DNA of 64,000 bases. Source: Lama glama (Eukaryota). Position 1 is the first letter of the stretch, and each line of letters opens with the position of its first letter. Made by a program: the position numbers and the translations under genes. Shown here piece by piece: positions 22,722-32,486 of this stretch. The stretch lies in assembly GCA_028534125.1 (NCBI GenBank), contig CM052817.1:7380001-7444000 (forward strand). Direction: 5' to 3'. The notes below the pieces were generated by a model. The model made no database searches. It had not been told where the DNA came from and was given only the letters and a program-made list of their open reading frames with translations.

Positions 22722-23489
22722 TGAAAGCAGCTCTTTTGCCCCTTTCCTATTTGCCCACGTCTGTTCCCTCTAACCTTAAAAGAACCTAATTATAGGAATG
22801 AGATCACTAAGCAATTGAAGCTAACTCCTGACTTAAGCTCTCTTGAATACACACCATGTCTTGCCTAAGCTATTGGTTCTTTTCCTGGATAAAAAGAATC
22901 AAGAATGAAGAATTAAGCAGTTAAAGAATAATTAGAGTTTGAGAATTACAAATGTTAGCCACTACATATAAAAATAGATTTTTAAAAAGTTTATTCTATA
23001 TAGCACAGGGAACCATGTTCCATATCTTGCAATAACCTTTAATCAAAAAAATATGAAAACAAGTATATGTATGCATATGCATGACTGGGACATTATGCGT
23101 ACCCCAGAAATTGACACACTGCAATTGACTATACTTAAATTTAAAAAAAAATAACAATTAGCTCTCCACCCCCGACAATCCCCCTAGCAATCCTGCAGGC
23201 AGACCACGGGGCGAGATAACCGAAGAGAGTCAGCCAGTCTGCACAAATCAGAAAGATTCAGGCAGAGCCCAGTCTCCTACCTCAATGATTCACTGGCATC
23301 CTTTCCTTCATTTTTCCCTTTAAAAACTTTCATGGCTGAGCAGAATCTTCAGAGTGATCTCTGAGCAAGAGGCCACCCTCTCCCCGGATTGCTGGCTTTT
23401 CTGGTTAAAGCACTTTTCCTTTCTATTGACACGTTCCTGCCCATTATTGTCTTTTGAGCAGTGAGCAGTTGAAACTGAGTTTGGTACCA
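22722..23489 (+). mobile_element. Solo LTR D (ERV1, MER41-like end) nested in MLT1 and interrupted by an L1 tail
   Basis: tgaaagcagc...ccctctccccggattgctggcttttctggttaaagcacttttcctttct...gagcagtgagcag...tttggtacca; TSD not clean. Confidence 0.7.
22936..23148 (+). mobile_element. 5'-truncated L1 3' end inserted in LTR D
   Basis: tatagcacagggaac...ccagaaattgacacactgcaattgactatact followed by poly-A; TSD aaagaataattag (22923-22935) / aaataacaattag (23149-23161) at a TT/AAAG endonuclease-type site. Confidence 0.88.
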
Positions 23490-23894
23490 AAGGGGCCACC
23501 AAGTCTACAGGATTAAGGCTCCACCCTTATAACTTCATTTAACCTTACTCACCTCCTAAAGGCTTTCATCCCAAATACAATCACATTAGGGGTTAAGATT
23601 TTGATTTACACATTTTAGAGGGACACGATTCAGCTTTTAGCAATATTTTTAACATGTAACTATGGTAAGTATTATTATCCATTAATCCTGTGCCTCTTGA
23701 AAATTAAGGCTTAGTCTCTCGAGGTCAGCTTTGCACTCTTAGCCCTGACTTCCCAGCTCTGGGTCCTGGCACCCTCCACTGGGCATCCATGAACCTTTGT
23801 TTATACCTTATATCTCAGCCCACCGTGTCTCCTTCTCTAGCAACTTAGTCTGCAATAAATTATGCAGTTGTGATAGGAGGGGCTCTGTCTTAAG

Positions 23895-24420
23895 TGTCTT
23901 GCATTCATTTACTTAGTTATCAAATATGCATTGCCTCTCACTACAACCCGAACTGTCTCACTGTTTTATATTCCTGCCCTCATGGTGCTTAAATTTTGGG
24001 GATAGGGATGGTGTGAGTGAATGACAGTCAAAAACAACTAAACTGACAGATAAGATAAACATTTTTGCTCAGTAAGTTCAATGAAATCATCAAGTTAGTG
24101 ACTGTGACTAAAGAGTAAAGGGGATTCTCAGCAGCAGTAATGGAAGGCCTCTTTGATGTGAAATTACACGTTACCTGAAATAAAAAACGGCAAAGCAATC
24201 ACTTCTGCAAGGAGATGTTGGTTTACCTTCCAAGCCGCAGCAGCAGCAGCATGTACAACATCACACGGGCAATAGTTCAGTGCCTTGGAAAAATGACCAA
24301 AAGTCTCGGTGACTAATTAAGTAAAAATAGGCAAAAAAAAAAAAAGACAGAGTAAAGGTGGAGAAGTAATCAAGGGCCAGGTCACAAAAAACACCTGACC
24401 AGAGTTTGGTGCACAACAGG
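23895..24420 (-). mobile_element. Decayed L2 fragment
   Basis: cattcatttac...caaatatgcattg...ttcctgccctcatggtgctt...ggaaggcctctttgatg...gggccaggtcaca. Confidence 0.5.
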
Positions 24421-27400
24421 AGCTTATAAACATATGAATAAATGAATACAAATGTTCAAGATGAGGGATCAGTGTAGCTAAAAAAGGTGGATGGCGTATA
24501 TGGTGGCCTGGAGATGTAATAAAACCACAAGCCCCACCAAATACCCCAGAACAGACCTCAGCGTCCGACACACTGGAGGAGGGAGTCACAGCACTGAACC
24601 GACCACCACCCAGAGCCAACGATGCCCATCATTCCTTCTTCTTCCCTAACTCCAGACACACGCCCTCTCCTCTGCCCTCCCTTACCCTTCAGAGTCAGAT
24701 GGTATATTTCTCTACAGGCACACTTTTTTGGTAGAGGAAAAAAGCAATTACCATTTTCCTACAAAACACAGTATCCTTTAAGAAAGAAAAAAAAAAAGAC
24801 TAACACTTAAGCCTTATGAGACCCTCCCTGTTACTTTAATTAAACTAGTAAGAACAAAATCCCTATTATGTACAATAGACTTTGCTATCTGCTACAGGAC
24901 TTGTCAAGATGCATAAGCCACTGTCTCCATTTTCAAGGAATCATATGATCCACCCCCACCCCTGGGCCAAAATTCTACCTCCAATAAATATACAAATGCA
25001 TAGGGTCTAATAAAGGTCTGTTAAATGGCAACAGAATGAGTGGTGCAAATGGCAATTTGGAGATGGAATGAAGCAGCAGGCCCCTGCCAGATGGCCCAGA
25101 ACTGACCTCCAGTGTTCGACCCAGTGAAGGTTTCTACTGAATGTTAGATGAGACAATAGTACATAAAACACACACCCCTCCCCCCCGTACACACCACTTA
25201 CAGGGCCACGTCAATATAGTATGTGTGTTCATAACTTCTACTTTAATATTCAAATTATGTGTCTGCATCAATTTTATAATAATTGTTCAAAAATTGCACG
25301 TGAGAAGAATTTAAGTGGAGTCATGGTGCTGATTATGGTATGATAGCTCCATGAGGCTAATAACAGTTGATGTCACTTACTTTATCAAACAAGCGATAAA
25401 CCACAACACTGGACTGGGACTCGATGAAAATAAAATCTGAAAACTGTCTCTACTCTGAGCTGATGTGATGGGCCGTATTTGCTTCATGTGATGTAACTGA
25501 TCAGTGAAGGGCTACATGGGGTTTGCAGAGCTGCAGAAACTGAATCCAGGAGCGCTAGACGAGGCCAAGTGGCCCTGTTTTGCCAACATGGAAACACCCT
25601 GGAGCCAGAAAGGGCAGGCGACCCCTGGTGGCGGAATCAAATCTGAAATAAACAAGTCTGAGAAAAATGAAAAATCAAACTGACAAGAAGCACAGTGTAT
25701 TTATGTGATATTTGATTTCTTCATTGAGACTCAATAATCCTACTTCCATGTGAAAAATAATGGGGTTGCCGGATATTTTCTTTTAATATATACAAAGAAA
25801 ATTGGGATTTTGGGATTTCCCTCTACAAGGTCTCTTTAACAGACAGTTCTGCTCACGTAGCTGTAATTTTGCCAACATAGTAGCTACAACAGGGCTTTTT
25901 GGAGGGCTGATTTTGGCACAGCTTGATTCAGACTAAGTAAGTGTTCCACGATGCTTATACATTATATAATAGGCATGTTTCTCAGGGACGTGAACCTGGG
26001 CTGCAGGATGTCATTTTGTATTTGTTGATAGAGAAATCAACACTGCAATTAATTAGATCCGGTAGTGCCATCAGCTGGCTCATCTGTCCCCCACAAAACT
26101 GCTTCCAAGAATGCCTCTCCTAGTCAAATCCTGTTCTTGTTCATTATTTCCTTTCAGCTGGGCCGTGAAAGAAGTCAGGAGCCCTTAACCTTCAACCAGT
26201 GTGCGTCTCAATAAGCAGGCTATGCTTCTAGGGGAGAGTTTAGAACTAAAAAGATCCACCCCTTCCTTTTGAAGTCCAGAAGAAATTGCGGCTCTGTATT
26301 AAACGCTTTACTTCTTTCATCCTCACTACAGCCATGAGGGTTAGACTGAACCCAAAATCATATGCTATTTTACAGATAAGGATGAAGGTCTGAAGGCCTG
26401 GTGCATAGTAACTAGCAGCTTGCTCCAGAGGGCTTACAAATCGATTTTGAGATTCTTCATTTTCAAACACTTCGCTCTTGGCAGCATCAATTCTTTACTC
26501 TCCCCAGTTGCACTCCTACCTGCAGAGAACTGTTTTTATTCCATCCAAGGGAGGACCTCTCTGTCATCACTTAATTATAAATCCTGTACGTGACCCCCCT
26601 GCAAAAGTCTGGCCAACTGCAGGCATTTTTAAGTCAAGTGGGAGACAACATCTTAGAAACCTTCATGAGTGATGAGCAAAGAAACTATTAAAAAGAGAAA
26701 ATGGGGAGAAAAATTAAAGGGAGCAAAAGGCCCTTATATCATCATTGACCAGAAAAATGCTTCCATTATTACATAAAGAAAGGAAGAGGAGGTCAGCTGC
26801 GGATGCAGAAGAATTTGGAAGGGACACTAAGGCAAGTGGTGAAAAGAAATCATTGAATTTCCAGCTGGCTACACATACCTTTAAAATATTAAGAGAAAAA
26901 AAACTTTCACTTTTGCAAAAGGTGTTATCACTGAAATATCTTTATAATGTGTACATATATGCTTTAATTTTATTTTTAATCTTTCAATTTAAAAAACACT
27001 ATCACAAAAAGGATAAAATTACTTGAAGAGCAGGGAAGAAAGTCATCACTTATATTTTCATCTCCCAAACATAGTTACTTTCATGTCCGTATTTCTTTCT
27101 TGTCTTTATATCTGAATGTAGATTGTTTCATACAACACTCTTCAAAATTCATTTATAGAATATTTGCACGGTCTATGCTTCAGAAAGTCCGGTTAAATAA
27201 TGAAATAAAGTGTTCATCTTGTCTCAGATTTACTTACTTTACAACTGACCCAATGTTTCATCCATGGTGGAAAGCAAATGAAGTTCCTTACAGTGGGTAC
27301 AAGGAATAGGGACTGAACGCCAACTGGCCTTCTAGCAGAGTGACTGTCGGCTGACCGTCCACTAGGCCTGGGAGGAAGCTAACTGATTCCGAGTGCTTCT

Positions 27401-28822
27401 CATGAGCCAGGAAATGAGCTAAGAGAAATGTCCAGGCAGGTATGTGTGTGTATGCATAATTTCACATACTACTGGACAGACATGTACCGTTAACCTGATT
27501 AAGAAATCATAAACCATATTTTTGAAAGCTATGTGGTAATGATAAATACTTCCTTTATAAAAGCATAATCTCAAAAGTAACTGATTTTAGAACAAGGGTC
27601 TGATCTGAGAGAGTGTGAGACTCTGTCTTGGGAGAATCTCTCTTCTACTAAAACAAACACACCAGTGACACCTTCATCATTGCCGTTGTTCTGTCTTATG
27701 CACAGCTCTTAACCTCTCTACAGTTTTATCCTTAAACAGAAAAAGTCCTGCATCTTAAGGCATTATCTGTCCACCCTCAATCCTTCCACAATCCCAAGGG
27801 TATTTTCAAAATCTTCTGAGTCCCCTTTGCCTTCTAGAGATGGCAGTGCTACGCCTGCCATGAGCCTAGACCACACCTGTGTGGTTTCTTCCCTTCGGGA
27901 GCTCTCTGACCCTCCATCCTTTCCCACAGGTACGACCAGAGCACCTGGGAACACCAGCACTTGTGCCTCCAGGGTGGCCTGAAGCTGGGTGCCTGGCTCT
28001 GGGAGGAGGGCCCATGAGGGTCCTTTAAGGGACGAATGCTGTGTTTCTGTCATGGGATCACAAGACATCGGGCCTTTGTAAGAGTATTGACCTGCTGATA
28101 ACCTCACAACATACTTTAAAACGAGTCCCAGAGAGTTCAACAACAACAACAACATCACACATAAAGCTCCTGGAAGATTAAGTAACAGTATCGAATGCTT
28201 GGGTCTGAATACAGGTTAAGAATAAATGTAATGAAATAAGCCGAGAAGTGTTCTAAAGAGTTAAGTAAAAAAATTAAAAAGAGAGAAAACATGCTTTTAG
28301 CAAAACTATACTGAATAAAATTCAAAGAAAAAATAGCAAATAAATGCAACAGCTATATTAAAGATTTATTATTCTTAATGAATAAATAGCTAATTTATTT
28401 AATTGAGCTAAAATAGATCAATTTTTAAGGGGAAAACAGCAAATAGAGTAGACAAGTGATAAGGATCACAGAAACTTCATAAATTAGGAAATACTGATAA
28501 TTATACTTTTTTAAAGACACCAAGGTAAAAGTAATAGAAGTTTGTCTCTCAAATTGCAACTATTGAAAAAATGTTAATAACGGTGTCAAGCATGAATTTC
28601 AATACACTGTAGGTAGATAAGAATCAACAGAGTTGACAAATAGAGTTCAATATGGAAAACATATCTTTTGAGATCCACACCAATATTATTTACAGAACAA
28701 AAACCTGAAAGTAATCTCAATGGTGAAAAAATATAAAAATTAGTAACCAGAATGTTTTCACATATTATATTATGAAGCCTTTAAAATGGTGTTTACAGTG
28801 ATCTGTCAGTCATGTGATTTTT

Positions 28823-28915
28823 GTGTGTGTGTGTTTTTTTTATTTCTTAACATTTTTTATTGATTTATAATCATTTTACAATGTTGGGTCAAATTCCAGT
28901 GTTCAGCACAATTTT
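28823..28915 (-). mobile_element. Young ~90 bp L1 3' terminus with perfect TSD
   Basis: aacattttttattgatttataatcattttacaatgttgggtcaaattccagtgttcagcacaattttt flanked by an identical 17-mer tcagtcatgtgattttt (28806-28822, 28916-28932). Confidence 0.88.
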
Positions 28916-29186
28916 TCAGTCATGTGATTTTTTTAAATGCAATGTTAGCTGATGAGCACAGAATAGAGTTTTGAAAACATGCACCAAAATTTAGACAGAA
29001 ATGCTCTAGACTATTTTTAAAAAGCAGGTATTTCTACATCATGTGTTCTTAAACTTCAGTACAGCTAAGGAAACTGCCTAAAGTGCAGATTCCTGGTCTA
29101 CAGTCCTAACATTTCTGACTCCGTGGATCTGAATAGAGGTGTAGGAAGAATCTGCACTTCTTCCCCTTTTTGCACCCAGATATAAC

Positions 29187-30991
29187 TTTTTCCAGTTTTA
29201 TTGGCATATAATTGACGTTCAGCGCTGTGTAAGTTTAAGGTACACATCATAACGACCTGATTTGCATATATTGTGAAAAGATTACCACTATGTTTGATTT
29301 ACATTCATCATCTCATATAGTCACACACAAAATTTTTGCTTTATGATGAGAACTCTTAGGATCTACTCTCTTAAAAACTTCCAAATATTTCATGGAGCAA
29401 CGTTAATGATATGTCACCAAGTTGTTCATTAAATCCCTAGTCCTTTCTTATCTTATAGCTGGGGGTTTGCACCTTTTGACCATAGTCATGAAGTCCTGCT
29501 TCCTCCATCCCCTACCTATGGCAACCACCAATCTGATCTCTTTTTCTCAAAATTTGTTTATTTGTTTGTTTTTTAGATTCCACACATAAGTAAGATTATA
29601 CAGTATTTGTCTTTCTCTGTCTGATTTATTTCACGTAGCATAATGTCCTTGAGGTTTATCCATGCTGTTGTAAATAGCAGGAACCATCTGTTGATGGACT
29701 CAGGTTGTTCCCATGTCTTGGCCATTGTACATAATGGTGCAACGGAACATAGGTGTGCAGAAATCACTCCGACATAGTGTTTTTGTCTCCTTCGGATATA
29801 TTCCCAAAAGTTGTATTGCTAACTTATATGGTAGTTCTATCTTTTTTTTCAATTTTTGAGGAACCTCCATATTGTTTTCCTAATGGTTATACCAGTTCAC
29901 AGTTCCACCAGTGGTACTCAAGGATCCCCTCTTTTCCACATCCATGCCAGCATTTGTATCTCTTGCCTTTTTGATGATGAACTTTCTAACAAGTATGAGG
30001 TAATGTCTTACTGTGGTTTTAATTTACAATTTTCTAAGGGTTAGCCATGTTGAGCATCTTTTTATGTACCTTTTGGCCATTCTCATACTTTCTTTGGAAA
30101 AGTGTCTATTCAGGTCCTTTGCCTATTTTAAATTTTATAATTATTATTTTCTTGTTTATTTTTGCTATTTAATTGTCTAAGTTCTTTATACATTTTGGAT
30201 ATTAACTCCTTATCACATCTATGGTTTCCTAATATAATTTTTTCCCATTTGTTAGGTTGTCTTTTTGTTGATTGCTTCTTTTGGTGTACAGAGCCTTTCA
30301 ATTTGACATAGTCCTACTTGCTTAATTTTAATTTTGTTTCTTGTGCTTTATGTATCATATCCAAAAAAATCATTCCCCAGGTCCATGTCAGGAAACAGTT
30401 TTCTATATTTTCTTCTAAGAGTTTTATGGTTTCTGGTCTTACATTTAAGTCTTTAATCTACTTTGAATTAATTTCTGTGACTAGTGTAAAATAGAGCTCT
30501 AGTTTTATTGCTTTATATATGAATATCCAAATTTCCTGGCACTATTTATTAAAAAAGACTATCTTTTCCCCACTGAGTACTTTTTTTTTTGGAGGTATAG
30601 TCAGTTTACAATGTTGTGTCAATTTCTGGTGTACAGCACAATGCTTCAGTCATACATGAATATACATATATTCCTTTTCACACTCTTTTTCACCATAATG
30701 CTACTACAAGATATTAAATATATTTCCCAGTGCTATACAGTATAAACTTGTTTACCTATTTTATGTATACCAGTAAATATCGGCAAATCCCGAATTCCTA
30801 GTTTATCCCTTCCCACCCTCCGCTCCCTGGCAACCACAAGTCTTTATTCTATGTCTGTGGAGCTGTTTCTGTTCTATATATAGTTCCATTTGTCATTTTT
30901 TTCTCCATTGAGTATTCCTGGCTTCCTTGCCAAATATTAGTTGACTATATATGCATGGGTTTCTTTCTGGGCTCTCAATTCTGTTCTGTTG
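29187..30991 (-). mobile_element. 5'-truncated L1 (L1MA9-related), 3'UTR plus decayed ORF2 C-terminus
   Basis: ccagttttattggcatataattgac...gagaactcttaggatctactctctt...gaggaacctccatattgttttcc...ttgagcatctttttatgtacc; the minus-strand ORF 29573-29767 carries L1 ORF2-like AKTWEQP and TTAWINLKDIMLREINQ. Confidence 0.92.
30581..30900 (-). mobile_element. Younger L1 3'UTR nested in the preceding L1
   Basis: Poly-T then ggaggtatagtcagtttacaatgttgtgtcaatttctggtgtacagc; imperfect TSD ttccccactgagtact / ttctccattgagtatt. Confidence 0.88.
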
Positions 30992-31124
30992 GTTTACAGT
31001 GATTTGTCAGTCATGTGATAATGCTTTTTATGCATTATTAAGTGACAGATTTAGTTTTGAAAAAGGAAGCATAAAAGAGCTTAAATGAAAATGCTCCAAA
31101 ATCTGTTTTTCAATGGATATTATT

Positions 31125-31300
31125 ACATCGTATATTTTTAAACTTGAGTTCACCTAAGATACTTGTCTCAAGTGCAGTTTCCTTATATATCATCCTATAC
31201 TTTCTGAATGGACATAAGGAGGGGCCCAAAATGAATCTGCATTTTTGCACAATCCCCTAAGTGCCTTGGATGCAGGTGATCTGCAGAAAACTTTGCTCTA
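31125..31300. mobile_element. MER5-like hAT element, with a partial duplicate at about 29040-29175
   Basis: ttttaaacttgagt...aagtgcagtttcct...ggggcccaaaatgaatctgcattttt...gatgcaggtgatctgcag. Confidence 0.55.
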
Positions 31301-32159
31301 GTTAGTAGGATTATGGACACAAATATACACAAATATATACAAAAACATGTATAACAATCATGCATAATCAAGACTATATAATAAATAATACCTGTATAAT
31401 TTATACATAAAATATATGATTTTATATACATATATATGTAGCCCTGATTATACTTGTTTTTATTTTAAACTGTAGTTTCCAATATATATGAGCAGTTTTT
31501 ATAATCTGTATTTATTTATTTTTTTAGGTTTGAAAGGATTTGTAAGACCCTATATCACTAAAGACAATTCTTGGAATCTTCAGTTCACTTCTTCCTGAAA
31601 TTTCTTCTTTGAATGGGCAAACAAAATTCTCCTTTGCTCATTGCAAATCTATGCCCTCAATAGAAATGAAAAGCAATCTGAAGGGCAGATTCTGGTTCTA
31701 CAGTCTTCACATTAAACAAATAAGAAAACAGAATGGGAGGGACATTTGTAAAGTGGCCTGCAAGTCCATTCCATAGGCACTGAGACTGTGACGTGGGAGA
31801 ACGTGAGAAAAGAGTATAAAGTTAGGAGCCCTTAAGACGGAAAGGATGGGCTTTCCGCTCCATGGACTATGTGCCACACCCCTCCATGGACAATGGAAAT
31901 AGAGAAAAGAGGGACCCCGCCACAGAGTAGCGATGGGAGGATTTGTACAGGGCGTTCTCCTGCACAGAAAAAAAACAAACAGAAAAACACTGCCAGCCCG
32001 GAGAAAGAAAAGGATCAGTGTGATCTGGGACACGCTCAGTGTCAAGACGGGCTCAAGCAGCACATCTAAACTAATCTCTTCTGTTCCACAGACCCACCAG
32101 GCAGTCGCCAGTCCCACAGGACAATAAAACTGAAAACGCACACTTTAATGCAAAAGCCT

Positions 32160-32310
32160 ACATGGAGTTCCTTGCCCTGGCACTTACAGCTGTCTGCACT
32201 CGGGCAGTTAACTTACGCTCCGAGTCTTGATTTCCCCACGTGTAAAACCGTTGAGTGGAGATGGAAAACTCTTAGGTAGGGAACCACCTCATGCAGTGTT
32301 TGGCACAAGA
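32160..32310 (+). mobile_element. MIR fragment
   Basis: gttccttgccctggcacttacagctgtctgcactcgggcagttaactt...tttccccacgtgtaaaa...cagtgtttggcaca. Confidence 0.55.
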
Positions 32311-32347
32311 CTGTGTTACTAGTTCTAACGTGAAAAATGGTACTCCT

Positions 32348-32486
32348 CTTTTAATTTTTTTCTTTTTGATATGGGTGGGTAGTTAGGCTTATTTAATTAT
32401 TTATTTAAGTAGGGGTACTGGGGATCGAACCCAAGACCTCATGCATGCTAAGCATGCACTCTACCATTGAGCTATACCCTCTCCCC
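32348..32486 (-). mobile_element. tRNA-Ala(AGC)-derived SINE (Vic-1-like, camelid)
   Basis: Minus strand reads GGGGAGAGGGTATAGCTCAATGGTAGAGTGCATGCTTAGCATGCATGAGGTCTTGGGTTCGATCCCCAGTACCCC, then an AAAT-rich linker and A-rich tail; A and B boxes intact. Confidence 0.9.

Larger units (their letters stand above)
20440..23642 (-). mobile_element. MLT1A/B-like MaLR LTR split into four pieces (20440-20511, 20925-20985, 22132-22232, 23490-23642) by nested insertions
   Basis: The pieces rejoin collinearly into an MLT1 LTR (tgaattagtcagctcggggctgcc...aaatttactt|tttcctcagggttctgaaagctggaagtcc...ctgg|tgagagccc...tcttatag|aaggggccacc...cattaggggttaag...ggacacgattcagcttttagca); 5-bp TSD atact/atatt. Confidence 0.85.

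Noticed and set aside
25455..25545. Possible C/D snoRNA (tgatg and ctga motifs)
   Set aside because: No canonical RUGAUGA C box with a terminal stem, and no recognisable guide sequence.
32412..32486. Possible tRNA-Ala(AGC) gene
   Set aside because: Extra 5' bases, a defective acceptor stem and a SINE-type A-rich tail indicate a SINE.
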